Notes: generated from the sequence alone by a model not told the origin. A DNA stretch of 64,000 bases from a virus (IMGVR_UViG_3300013121_000023:64001-128000); one strand, 5' to 3'; shown: positions 48,555 through 58,345, numbered from the stretch's first letter. Numbers and translations are program-made.

Positions 48555-49073
48555 ATGACGACACGAAAGTTTGGGTTTGGTTCTATCCGTGTGGCTCGTA
48601 ACTTGATTGATATCGCAAGAGTAGATATCAGAAAATACGAGATGAGGATAGCCGCCACGCAAGCGTTGTACGACGTTTGTAAGGAGCTGATCAAGAGCGG
48701 AACTCTTATGGGTATCAACGCCCGTACAGTTTTGCTGCTTATGGCTTATCTCAAAGGTAGGTATTATGACGATGTTGAGAGAAAGCAAAGCGCTACATCA
48801 CGAAAATTTTTGAACGCCATAACCTTCAAGATACTGCATGACATAAAGTCAATCTTCCCAAATAAAGACAGTTTGAAGAACGTAGCCTTCGAACACATCA
48901 AGTTGGACGGCGCTGGTGGTTTTGCTGACTGGGTAGCATCCTGCGGAAACAACGTGGTTTCGGTGCCGCCTGGAACCAAGAAGGCCAGAAAGAAAGCTTA
49001 CGCCGAAAGAAGGGCTGCGCGAGTTAAGAAGGACATGGAAATGACTCATACAGCGAGTGACTTCAAAGCTTAG
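48555..49073 (+). CDS. hypothetical protein upstream of Pth; ends in TAG
   Basis: AAGGAGG RBS; ARTVLLLMAYLKGRYYDDVE. Confidence 0.65.
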   Translation: MTTRKFGFGSIRVARNLIDIARVDIRKYEMRIAATQALYDVCKELIKSGTLMGINARTVLLLMAYLKGRYYDDVERKQSATSRKFLNAITFKILHDIKSIFPNKDSLKNVAFEHIKLDGAGGFADWVASCGNNVVSVPPGTKKARKKAYAERRAARVKKDMEMTHTASDFKA

Positions 49074-49478
49074 AGGGTATATGTGGTGGTGTGTGACGAT
49101 CTCCCCAGCAGCTCACAAAAAGCTGTTCAGGGAGCACACGCACTCACCCAGTACATTCTACGTAACTTGCAAGAAGCCCAACAATGGGAAAAGGACTCAA
49201 ACGTCCTTGTGTTTCTGCGGGTGCCCGACGAGCAAGCCCTTATTTCTACAGCTGACAAGCTGAAGATTAATGGCGTTCCGGTGGAGGTGTTTACTGAGCC
49301 CGATTTGGGTAATAGGGCTACAGCACTGGCTGCGTCACCGTCAGCAGCCAAGCACCTCAAAAGATACCCACTGATGAAGTTACGAAAGCGGGCCTCGGCC
49401 CGCTTTCTTTTTAACTACCAAACATTATTCATTTACAGACATAAGATGTGTGAGAAAAAGACGTATTCTCAAATATAG
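49074..49478 (+). CDS. PTH2-family peptidyl-tRNA hydrolase-like protein
   Basis: RVYVVVCDDL...QKAVQGAHA...LVFLRVPDEQAL...FTEPDLGNRATALA. Confidence 0.75.
   Translation, partial: RVYVVVCDDLPSSSQKAVQGAHALTQYILRNLQEAQQWEKDSNVLVFLRVPDEQALISTADKLKINGVPVEVFTEPDLGNRATALAASPSAAKHLKRYPLMKLRKRASARFLFNYQTLFIYRHKMCEKKTYSQI
49384..49412 (+). terminator. intrinsic terminator inside the Pth ORF
   Basis: GAAAGCGGGC-CTCG-GCCCGCTTTC-TTTTT. Confidence 0.7.
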
Positions 49479-49487
49479 GAGAAATCT

Positions 49488-50342
49488 ATGCGCGCTCTTC
49501 CGATGATTGAAGCTGCTCCACATAAAGGCCAACTCTACTGTTCAGTGCGGTATGCAAAAAATTACGTAGCTGATAAAAAGGATTTCTTTATGCGTCTATT
49601 TAGCAAGCTCGGTACGCATACATGCGCGCCAGCAGCACACTGCTACACAGGAGATCCAGTAACCATATCTTCCATGTATTACGCATGCCCATTTTTGACG
49701 CATATCAAACCCACTTACCACAGATTGTCTTATCGGTGCGACCTGTTTGAAGATAAACTATCCACAGTTATCCCCAACAATACGGGAATACCGTTTCACA
49801 TATACGACTTTGAAATGCTTATGAATAGTCTGCAACGTGAAAATCAGATTGCTGTAGGTACTGCCATACAACTTCAAATTGGTCGTTTGTGGCAATGTCG
49901 TCAGCTACAAGAAGATTTGACTATGCATGGACGTTATCTCGGAGAAAGCAGAGATGGTCGCTCATCAGATGGGAATCATACGTCTGGTCTAAATATGATT
50001 CCATTTATAATACGTACCGATGGCGGTCAGTCGTCTGACAAGATTTCACTCAATGCGAAAAAGGAGGTGTTCTTGAAAACGCTACTTAATCCATCACCAC
50101 CAGTGACACAGATATACCCAATGTCGGCAGCACTTGATGAACTGCATACAGCCGACGAGATGAAAACAGCGAGGAGTCGTTATGAAGAGATATTGAAAGA
50201 GTTGCCGAAAGTGGATGAATTATCGTTGAAGACAACTTTTACTCTGTGCTTCTGTAACGTAAGCGCTGTCTCGTTTTTAGAAAGGTGTGAACATGTCGTA
50301 TTTCTTCACAAAAGACGATCTCTCGGTATCATACGGAACTAA
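49488..50342 (+). CDS. Cys-rich hypothetical protein, paralog family B
   Basis: CPFL...YRCDLF...RLWQCRQLQEDL..HG. Confidence 0.6.
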   Translation: MRALPMIEAAPHKGQLYCSVRYAKNYVADKKDFFMRLFSKLGTHTCAPAAHCYTGDPVTISSMYYACPFLTHIKPTYHRLSYRCDLFEDKLSTVIPNNTGIPFHIYDFEMLMNSLQRENQIAVGTAIQLQIGRLWQCRQLQEDLTMHGRYLGESRDGRSSDGNHTSGLNMIPFIIRTDGGQSSDKISLNAKKEVFLKTLLNPSPPVTQIYPMSAALDELHTADEMKTARSRYEEILKELPKVDELSLKTTFTLCFCNVSAVSFLERCEHVVFLHKRRSLGIIRN

Positions 50343-51426
50343 TCTGTATAACTGTTTGTACGATAATGACTTTTGGTCCAGCCTGTTGTCCAGAGTCTCG
50401 CTCAGACTAGGAATGTCTGCTTACGTAGGAAATGTTGGCGACGCTAGATCTAAAATATCGAAAGATAACTTCGATAAGCTAGTGTCTATTCTTAAAGAGA
50501 GTTGTTTTACTAAAGTCTACTCAAGAGGTGATTATCCGTCTTGTGAAGAGGTATATCTATCCGTAGCTGGATACGTGATTGTAGACGTATTCCAGGATAA
50601 CCATACATTCATATATGTAGGAATGTTCGATAGGGAGTCTGTTAGTAAGCTTAAATCCAAAATAGAGCATCTTGTAGAAAAAGTACCTGAAAATAAAGTT
50701 GATAACATACCGCGGGTACACGTCGTAGTTCAAACATCTAGCGGCCTAGACACTAGGGAATTTAATAGTGTCTATTGCAAGCTAGTTCGGGATAACTATG
50801 ACGCGCGCGTTCTTTCGCAGTGGGACAACGTTATTTCTGAGTTCAAGAAATCCGAGCCTGTGGCTAGAATGGCCATACTGAATGGCCCGCCAGGCACCGG
50901 TAAAACACATCTTATAAAGTCCATGCTGTTTGAAGATGGATTGTTTTGCCTTCTTCTGCCAAATGATTTGTTTGTAAACGTGGCCTCACCGGCCTTCCTC
51001 AACTTCTTGATAAATACAGCAGGGAGAATTTCACAGAAGTTGGTTCTTATACTTGAGGACGCCGATAGTCTATTGGAGGAGAGGTCCAACAAAGACGACG
51101 TTAATCCATTGGCGACGCTGCTCAATATGGCAGACGGAATATTGGGTAGAATATTGGATGTTCGTATGATTTTGACTACGAATAGAAAAGATCAAACGTA
51201 TGACGCCGCTACCCTGAGAGCTGGTAGGCTTCTTCACAACATAAACGTAGATAAGTTGGAAAAGAATGGTGTACTCAAAGCCTTTAGAAACATACTGGCT
51301 GACAATGGGATGTCTGAGAATGACATTCATTGCGAACTAGAAAAATTCGCGGCGGATCGCATGTCCATTGCCGATGTATATGCGATGGCGTTTGATGTGC
51401 TCAACAAGAGAAGAGAAGCAAAATGA
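50287..51426 (+). CDS. AAA+ ATPase
   Basis: Walker A GPPGTGKT, Walker B LILEDAD, LLNMADG, TTN, LRAGRL. Confidence 0.9.
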   Translation: MNMSYFFTKDDLSVSYGTNLYNCLYDNDFWSSLLSRVSLRLGMSAYVGNVGDARSKISKDNFDKLVSILKESCFTKVYSRGDYPSCEEVYLSVAGYVIVDVFQDNHTFIYVGMFDRESVSKLKSKIEHLVEKVPENKVDNIPRVHVVVQTSSGLDTREFNSVYCKLVRDNYDARVLSQWDNVISEFKKSEPVARMAILNGPPGTGKTHLIKSMLFEDGLFCLLLPNDLFVNVASPAFLNFLINTAGRISQKLVLILEDADSLLEERSNKDDVNPLATLLNMADGILGRILDVRMILTTNRKDQTYDAATLRAGRLLHNINVDKLEKNGVLKAFRNILADNGMSENDIHCELEKFAADRMSIADVYAMAFDVLNKRREAK

Positions 51427-52505
51427 TAGATCTAGGACCGATCAAAAACTACCTGTCTTTGGTTTGTACGGCAGACGATGCCGGTATCACATACGACAAA
51501 CTATTGAATGCGCTAACAATATCGCAAATGTTGTCGTATAAAGAGAGCTACGTAAGAGTACTGCGCTTGTCAAAGGACATGCTTTCACCTGACGGTAACA
51601 GGGTAATAAGTAAAAGAAACCTAGTAAAGTTGGAGAAGCAACTGTCTGCAAAGTTCTATCTAATGCAGCATGCAGGTAATAGAAAGTATTACGTATCCAA
51701 GGATGGGTGCGGTTTTCTGATGGTAGATGCTGGCGAGTACTTGTCTATAGTGGGGGCCGAACTGTGGTTCAGTAATCTACCAGGTGGGTCAGGTACTGAT
51801 GCAATTAAAAGCGCGCTAAGCCTCAGTAGATTGGAGGCAAGACCTACTGCGTGCGTCCACATGCTAGTAGCGCAGGGCGGTATTTTGACAGCCCGCCCAG
51901 TGTTCATAAAGGAAAGCAAGTTTGTAGTCTCTAACTACTCTTCAACGGTTAGGAACAAATGGGCGCACGCCGTATCAGCTATGTGTAGCGCTGAGCCACC
52001 AGCTAGACTGACTATACTGAATGGTCCGCCAGGAACTGGCAAGACACACTTGATAAAATCACTTCTGAGTAATAAGGATGTCAGTTGTTTGTTCATACCT
52101 AATGGTTTGTTTCCTAAGTTGGCCGATCCATCATTCATAGGTGCAGTCACGGACTTCTGCCGATCTACCGATCTACCTGTGCTTATTATGGAAGATGCCG
52201 ATGATGTATTGAGTTCCAGAGAAGAGGCAGGGACAGTGAACCCGTTGGCTACACTGCTTAATATGACAGATGGAATACTTGGTGTGATGCTGAACATTCG
52301 TGTGATTTTGACCACGAACAGAAAGGACCAATCTCTGGACAAAGCTTTGATCAGAGAGGGTCGTCTTCTAGAGCACATAGAGGTGGGGTATCTTTCTCCG
52401 AGCGAGGCTGTAGAGTGCGCCAAAGGGCTTGGCGCTTCTATAAAGAAGCCTTCAAACAGTATGCCTTTGTGTGATGTGTATGCTGCGATTAAGCAAAAGA
52501 TTTAG
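51423..52505 (+). CDS. AAA+ ATPase (tandem paralog)
   Basis: GPPGTGKT, LIMEDAD, LLNMTDG, TTNRKDQ, IREGRL. Confidence 0.9.
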   Translation: MIDLGPIKNYLSLVCTADDAGITYDKLLNALTISQMLSYKESYVRVLRLSKDMLSPDGNRVISKRNLVKLEKQLSAKFYLMQHAGNRKYYVSKDGCGFLMVDAGEYLSIVGAELWFSNLPGGSGTDAIKSALSLSRLEARPTACVHMLVAQGGILTARPVFIKESKFVVSNYSSTVRNKWAHAVSAMCSAEPPARLTILNGPPGTGKTHLIKSLLSNKDVSCLFIPNGLFPKLADPSFIGAVTDFCRSTDLPVLIMEDADDVLSSREEAGTVNPLATLLNMTDGILGVMLNIRVILTTNRKDQSLDKALIREGRLLEHIEVGYLSPSEAVECAKGLGASIKKPSNSMPLCDVYAAIKQKI

Positions 52506-52527
52506 GGTTTAAGTCATAAGAATTATG

Positions 52528-53033
52528 AGATGTTTAATTAGAGACCCCTCCAAAGAGGGTCTGCCTACAAACCCGGGCAGATGAAAACATAAAAGTGGGT
52601 TCTCAGTTAATGCGACATTAACTGAGTGTCTTGAAACCAAGTCCATAGTATGGACTCTGGGATGTGCCCAGCACATATACCCAGCACATATCGCGGCTAG
52701 CGCCCCGCGATTGGCTTGCGGCAAGGCAAGGTGTCAGTCACTCAAGGTAAGGTGTCGTTGCTACACGCCACCGAGTGACGACGTATAGGGTTTCAGTGTG
52801 AATCCCAGTGGGGGATAGCACGAAGTAGCATTTACAGCCCTATATTTCAAGCCTCCGCAATGTCATAGAAAGCAAGCATACAGCTAGAACGTTCATTCGC
52901 GAAGCTCGCTTTTCTTGTTCGGCGAGTTAGCACAGAACGATGCTGTGTGTTTGAGCCGTAGCGCAGCGGCGTAGGATATATTTTATCTGTGTGTGTGTGT
53001 GTGGGCTGCCGGAATAACCGGCAGCCTTTTTTT
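52528..53033 (+). ncRNA. large structured ncRNA candidate (~500 nt)
   Basis: No credible ORF; about ten inverted repeats; ATAAGA motif upstream and terminator downstream. Confidence 0.6.
53004..53033 (+). terminator. intrinsic terminator
   Basis: GGCTGCCGG-AATAA-CCGGCAGCC-T7. Confidence 0.85.
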
Positions 53034-53051
53034 AGTACCGATGGAGAAGCC

Positions 53052-54050
53052 ATGAAGATGAATATTTTGGGCCAGGAACGTTGTCTGTATAACGTACCCT
53101 ATCACATAGGGTTCAACACTATAAAATTTGTAAGGTCTTTGTACGCATGGCTCAGTGATTACGATCGTAAGCTAACGTGGATGACCGTAAGTTCACCGCG
53201 TCAATCAGCAGAATATTATCACTCCGTAGCTTTGGACAATGGTTATAAAGAAATATGGATGGCAGAGACGGGACTTACACGTTACGAACTAACTGCTCTT
53301 TTGCAATGGATGAGCATACTTCAGCGCGTAGTATTTGAAAAAATATCTCATTTTCCAGCTAGGGCGCTTTTCAGAAGGAATGAAGGTAAATTGGAGGTTC
53401 ACCCAGCAGCTATAGTAGGCGACTTCAATAAGGTATCTAAGTTTTCTCCAACCTATCGTAATTACGTTTCTATTGGAGTTGATACCCCATATGAAATTAT
53501 TGATATCTACGGCATACATGCACTTGTCGATAATTCTGATGAAGATAAACCATTTCACATGTTCCCTGTGGGAGCTAATGAATCCATTGCAAGTATATTC
53601 AGGTCTAACGATCAGTTTAAATTGACTGTCACTAGTAAGACTGAACTCATTAGCGGTATATACGAATCTGAAGCGGCTGCTAATCGTAATAAGATACACG
53701 CTGAAGGAAATAGAATTGCCAAGGCTTGCGTAGAAGATAAAGTGGCGATCAAAACAGATATTCTCATTGCTAGCCTAGAAACCTGTTTCATGTCTTTTTC
53801 GTGTATGGAGAGAGCAATAGCCGCCGTACTGTCTGACCCGGGGTATGAACAGCACAAGTCATCAGTTATAAACGTCATCCAAACAATCATATCTTGCTAC
53901 ATGGGACATATGTATTGGAGAGAGCAGTTTGATTTCTACATGGCCAGTAAATACGCTGTGCCGCAGATGTACTCTATAGATATGTCTTATGGTGATTTTG
54001 ACTTGGGTAAGCTTATAGATTATTGGAGGCCCTACATCGGTACGAAGTAG
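53052..54050 (+). CDS. hypothetical protein
   Basis: GGAG RBS before ATG53052. Confidence 0.65.
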   Translation: MKMNILGQERCLYNVPYHIGFNTIKFVRSLYAWLSDYDRKLTWMTVSSPRQSAEYYHSVALDNGYKEIWMAETGLTRYELTALLQWMSILQRVVFEKISHFPARALFRRNEGKLEVHPAAIVGDFNKVSKFSPTYRNYVSIGVDTPYEIIDIYGIHALVDNSDEDKPFHMFPVGANESIASIFRSNDQFKLTVTSKTELISGIYESEAAANRNKIHAEGNRIAKACVEDKVAIKTDILIASLETCFMSFSCMERAIAAVLSDPGYEQHKSSVINVIQTIISCYMGHMYWREQFDFYMASKYAVPQMYSIDMSYGDFDLGKLIDYWRPYIGTK

Positions 54051-54058
54051 TAATCTTG

Positions 54059-54090
54059 AGAAGGTCCGCTTGGCGGACCTTCTTTTAGCT
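54059..54090 (+). terminator. intrinsic terminator
   Basis: AGAAGGTCCGC-TTG-GCGGACCTTCT-TTTAGCT. Confidence 0.75.
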
Positions 54091-54141
54091 ATTAAAAAAA
54101 ATGTCTATTACAGCAATAAGAGGATTGAAAGGAACGTGGCT

Positions 54142-54498
54142 ATGAGTAGTGAGCTAAGGGACTTGCAGAAGTACAGTAACGACATAGGTGATGTGTTTCT
54201 TACGATAGGAACGATCAATGAGGAAACAAGAGCATACATAAGAACACTGTGTGTTAAAAGCCACGAATCCAGTATTGTCAATACTACGGTCGGGTCTGTG
54301 TTCTTTGTCGGAGCTTGTTGTGTTTTGTTTATAGGTAGGGTCACAGTTGAACTGTCGGCGGCAGTACCTATATTTGTACTATCATTTTACTTTTTTGTCC
54401 GTTCATACACAGAACGTAAGTTGGTTTGTAGGTATGAACTTATATTGTTTATGTCGTATCAACAAAAAGAGTTGGTTCGGAGGTTTAAGAATGTCTAA
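54142..54498 (+). CDS. membrane protein (2 TM)
   Basis: Hydrophobic hairpin; ATAAGA and AAGGA upstream. Confidence 0.55.
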   Translation: MSSELRDLQKYSNDIGDVFLTIGTINEETRAYIRTLCVKSHESSIVNTTVGSVFFVGACCVLFIGRVTVELSAAVPIFVLSFYFFVRSYTERKLVCRYELILFMSYQQKELVRRFKNV

Positions 54499-54949
54499 GC
54501 GTGACTTGGAGCACAGAATTGCTGAAGAAACAAATATGTATCTTAAGGAGTTGTTGTATGATGATGCTAGAGGACTAAAATGTCTAGTAAAGAATGTTGT
54601 GGAGTGCATTATACAAAGGATTATCGATGAGAGTGTTTGCGCACAGCACTCAGCCAACACTGGTGTAATGATAACGGATATAAGTCATACGACCGCTAGA
54701 AAAATACTTGTCGATAAAGCCAACGTGCTGGCTGCTCATTTTGTGGACGCTGTTATAGATGCAAACTATAAGAAACTAACAGATAAAAAATACGTGGATG
54801 AAGCAAAAGAAATAGTATTTAGAGAATACAGTGATGCGCTTAATTATGAGTTGAAACACGCAGCCAGGGAACTGGCTAGGAAGCACGCAAGAGAAAAAGG
54901 GGAAAAGATCGTAAATAGTGTCATTAAAGGGTATAAAGATGGAGAATAG
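54491..54949 (+). CDS. hypothetical protein
   Basis: GGAGG RBS before MSKRDLE. Confidence 0.55.
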   Translation: MSKRDLEHRIAEETNMYLKELLYDDARGLKCLVKNVVECIIQRIIDESVCAQHSANTGVMITDISHTTARKILVDKANVLAAHFVDAVIDANYKKLTDKKYVDEAKEIVFREYSDALNYELKHAARELARKHAREKGEKIVNSVIKGYKDGE

Positions 54950-55223
54950 TATATCTGAGTGGGTAAGTTTCTTGATGGACAACGATATATACGTACGTGA
55001 GCACGATGATAAATATAGCATACTTATTCCATTCTATATAAGTAGCTACGGCCTCAGAACTCCGTTGGAAGCATCCATAAGCATCATAGATAGATTGGAG
55101 GAGAGTATCAGAAGTGCCCATCTTGGACACGAGGAAATTATAGATATACGCAGCAAAATAGTGCTTATACAAAAAGCTGCTATTTTGTTTTTGGGAACAG
55201 CTCCAGTAGGGGTGATTACATGA
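54939..55223 (+). CDS. hypothetical protein
   Basis: Coupled ORF. Confidence 0.5.
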   Translation: MENSISEWVSFLMDNDIYVREHDDKYSILIPFYISSYGLRTPLEASISIIDRLEESIRSAHLGHEEIIDIRSKIVLIQKAAILFLGTAPVGVIT

Positions 55224-55942
55224 GATTGTTGAAAATAGTAGACTATGAGCCATATTTTTATTTGCGTACGGCAGAGGATTTCAATATCCAGATATACCTG
55301 CATAGAGGTACAAAACTGTTTACAAATCTCTTTGAAGTCCTACCTACATATACTTGCCACACAGCGAATCGTGAGATGCCCGCTAAATGGTACAGAAATT
55401 ATGTGGCAGACCCCAACATTAAGTGCTGCCCGTTTTTGCACTATAATCGTGGTTACAAAACTCCGTATACCGCTTATAGGTGCAAACTATTTAGTAAGCA
55501 CCTGCACGTATATGTTACATATGGCGGTATAGAAGTATGGCCAGGAGATTCAGCAGTATACGAGGTGGCTAGTACGGCTTCTTCCTCTATTACTGCTTGG
55601 TTCGGTCACGTAGCTAGATTGCCTGAATGTAGGCAGCTTCAGGAAGATTTGCTACTTCATGGAGAAGCGGTAGAAAGCTTCCAAAAGACGTACGCACATG
55701 TAAATACTAATATAGTTAACAAAGCTAAAATCGCTGGTCTGGTAAAGGAAAAACAACTATTTGAGAGAGATGCAGTTGATGCTGACAACAAGAGTACTGA
55801 CGAAGTAGAACCAGATACCGATGAAGATTTTGTTAAGTGGCAATGTGCGTTCTGCAACGCATGGAATGTCACCGAAGTTCAAGACGACAAACGTTGTTAC
55901 TTTTGCAAGTCTGAATTTTTGGTTGTTAACAAGGAGAAGTGA
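55220..55942 (+). CDS. Cys-rich protein, paralog family B, with C-terminal Zn finger
   Basis: CPFL...YRCKLF...RLPECRQLQEDL..HG; WQCAFC...CYFC. Confidence 0.6.
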   Translation: MRLLKIVDYEPYFYLRTAEDFNIQIYLHRGTKLFTNLFEVLPTYTCHTANREMPAKWYRNYVADPNIKCCPFLHYNRGYKTPYTAYRCKLFSKHLHVYVTYGGIEVWPGDSAVYEVASTASSSITAWFGHVARLPECRQLQEDLLLHGEAVESFQKTYAHVNTNIVNKAKIAGLVKEKQLFERDAVDADNKSTDEVEPDTDEDFVKWQCAFCNAWNVTEVQDDKRCYFCKSEFLVVNKEK

Positions 55943-55943
55943 C

Positions 55944-56558
55944 ATGCCCCACCTCAACCTTAAGGTTATAGAAGCAGATCTGTACGCTGCACCTAATAGT
56001 TATGCATCGGTGACGACAACAACATCGTTTCTCGATCTTGTGCTTGTGCGCTGCGAGCGACAAGACGTGCAATTTTATTTGCAGGTCTATACAACTCAAG
56101 GATGTGGGCTCGTTTGGTGCGGGCACCATAAATTGATACCGCAAGGCCAGGGCAAGTCCGCAGTGAGGGATGGAATTGAAGTGACATTGATTCCGTTGGT
56201 ACTCGCCGGGGCAGAGCTTTCTCTTTTTGTTGACGCTGCCGTATTGATCCCAAAGTACGTACGTTTTGGCGTCACCGAACATATGTTGATGCTGCGGCAT
56301 GAGTCACCGATTGTTCCATACAGCGTAGCTAATGAACTAGTTGCAAAGTTTCTCGGCGGCTATAAACCGGAAGCGCTCATTTGCTGGCCCAATGATGACG
56401 TTGACAAGCTAGTTGGTGCTCTCGACATAGATGTCAAGATACACGATATAGAGTCCACACAGCCAACGCCTGAAGAGTTGGCTGAGACCGAGAGGAAGCG
56501 AGCTGCCTTTAGGTCTAGACTTGAGACTGTTATTGCCAAACGCGGTGGGCCCCGGTGA
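55944..56558 (+). CDS. hypothetical protein
   Basis: AAGGAG RBS before MPHLNL. Confidence 0.55.
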   Translation: MPHLNLKVIEADLYAAPNSYASVTTTTSFLDLVLVRCERQDVQFYLQVYTTQGCGLVWCGHHKLIPQGQGKSAVRDGIEVTLIPLVLAGAELSLFVDAAVLIPKYVRFGVTEHMLMLRHESPIVPYSVANELVAKFLGGYKPEALICWPNDDVDKLVGALDIDVKIHDIESTQPTPEELAETERKRAAFRSRLETVIAKRGGPR

Positions 56559-56645
56559 CATATTTGTAATAGATAGTATTTGCGAAGAGAGGTTTATTCT
56601 CTCTTCTTTAGATATTCTGTAATAAGAGATTTGGAGGTAGGTACC

Positions 56646-57779
56646 ATGGGTTCTTTTGATTTCACCTGTGCTATTTCACGTATGCCGATTAGCTATGAGC
56701 AGCGAGCTATCTTGCTACTATTGGCAGGTAATGAGAGTGTCAGTAACAAAGGTTGTTCACCTAATGACTGGTGGTTCCCTTGGTCATTTCCAGTGTGTGC
56801 TACGTATAAAGATTATGGCAGGTTTGTACCTGTGTCGTGCCATGACGTATGGGAGAAAGTTCTACAGAAATATGTTGTGGTGAAGGAAGTAGGAGAAAAC
56901 GAGTATCACGATGTACCCACACACAGGAATATGAAATTCGAAGATATAATAGAAGCATGTCTAGAAGATAGACTGGAAATAACAGATAATGCAGGCGTAG
57001 TTTACCAAAACGCGCTTGAACTAAACGATGAAGCCAGTACGTATATACCAACAGTAAATAAAATACGTCGCATCATAAGTGGTATAATGAAAAAAGACGC
57101 AAATGATTTCTTGATAAGAAGGATAGGTAGAGGCGTTATTAACGTAAGCACCCGCATAGGCTCAACCATAAAAGCTAATAAGTTCTTTTCCGCTATGTGT
57201 AAATTCATAAACAGTAGAGCGACCTTCACATCTATAGTGACACCTGGTAAATACGAAGTCACTCTAACTATTTACGCAAAGCCTGGTAACTTTCATATGA
57301 ATCCCGACGAGTCTATGGCTGGTGAACCACCGACCAAAATGCCAATGGCTTTCATGGCTATAAGAGGCGATGTTTGGGATTATCTGAGTTCTACTAACTA
57401 TACTGGTTTGACGAAAAAGAAAATACAGGCAGACATAACACGACTGAGAAAGTTCGTGGATTCGTATAAGAACGAGCCGGAAAGTATGAGATACCACCTG
57501 TGTAAACTTGATATGTCAATTGAGTCACGCATATTTATAGATGGTGTTCTTGGACCTATGAGGTGTGATAGGTCACCGCATCTGTTGGTGGGCAGTAGCG
57601 AGAAAGAAGAGTTCTGGCGACTGGTACGTGCTTTCGCTACGGCTATGCCGGCTATACACAGACTCAGACACATGCTCGTGCCGTCCACGTCAGTTGGGTG
57701 GCAGGTGGATTATGGGGAGGCGCACGTTCGCGCCTATAAAGCGTTTGCTCAGATGGCTGGAAAAGGGAACAAATTATGA
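56646..57779 (+). CDS. phage hypothetical protein
   Basis: MGSFDFTCAISRMPI...YKDYGR; ATAAGA and GGAGG upstream. Confidence 0.65.
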   Translation: MGSFDFTCAISRMPISYEQRAILLLLAGNESVSNKGCSPNDWWFPWSFPVCATYKDYGRFVPVSCHDVWEKVLQKYVVVKEVGENEYHDVPTHRNMKFEDIIEACLEDRLEITDNAGVVYQNALELNDEASTYIPTVNKIRRIISGIMKKDANDFLIRRIGRGVINVSTRIGSTIKANKFFSAMCKFINSRATFTSIVTPGKYEVTLTIYAKPGNFHMNPDESMAGEPPTKMPMAFMAIRGDVWDYLSSTNYTGLTKKKIQADITRLRKFVDSYKNEPESMRYHLCKLDMSIESRIFIDGVLGPMRCDRSPHLLVGSSEKEEFWRLVRAFATAMPAIHRLRHMLVPSTSVGWQVDYGEAHVRAYKAFAQMAGKGNKL

Positions 57780-58345
57780 CCATGAGCGAAGATAATCTTT
57801 CGTGGATGTATGATGCTTGTAAAGAATATCTTTCAGTATTGAGGGACGAAGAGATAAATACACTCATATACATTACAGCTCCAAATAGGATGGTGACTGT
57901 AACAAAGGAAGCCATCAGTGAAAACAGGTTTCCGTCCATCGCGTCTATGCATAAACTGGGGCTACTGTATTTTAACGATTACGATAAGACCAGATATGAG
58001 GTGTGCACCACTCACGCTGGCTATCTACTGACTACGTTTTTGGGAAAAACAGTTCCTTACATAGTTGAGACAGCGCGTGTAGGGCCCGATAAGATTCACA
58101 TAGATGATGAGGTTAATCGAGGTTATATGCGCATAATTTATAAAGCAGACATGTCAGATATGCTGTGCAAGTTCTTTGTGCTTTGGAAGGATATGTACGA
58201 TAGAGACGTGTTTATCTCCATGATCAAGAACAATAATGGTAATGAAGAAAAACCGTGTTCCATATTCGTATATTCCGCAGACGAGACAAAACTGAATGAG
58301 TACGTAATCGCCAAAATAAATGCATTTACTAGAGAGGTTAAATAA
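57776..58345 (+). CDS. hypothetical protein
   Basis: Coupled ORF. Confidence 0.55.
   Translation: MTMSEDNLSWMYDACKEYLSVLRDEEINTLIYITAPNRMVTVTKEAISENRFPSIASMHKLGLLYFNDYDKTRYEVCTTHAGYLLTTFLGKTVPYIVETARVGPDKIHIDDEVNRGYMRIIYKADMSDMLCKFFVLWKDMYDRDVFISMIKNNNGNEEKPCSIFVYSADETKLNEYVIAKINAFTREVK

Noticed and set aside
52952-52972. GAGCCGTA resembling the start of group II intron domain V
   Set aside because: Hairpin too short; no bulge, domain VI or interrupted gene
52988-53003. (TG)8 run and the 52989 ORF start (MCVCVGC)
   Set aside because: Simple repeat before the terminator; the real start is more likely ATG53052 with an RBS
52528-53033. tmRNA or RNase P RNA
   Set aside because: No Ala-type acceptor/T arm, and no GAGGAAAGUCC / P4 motif on either strand
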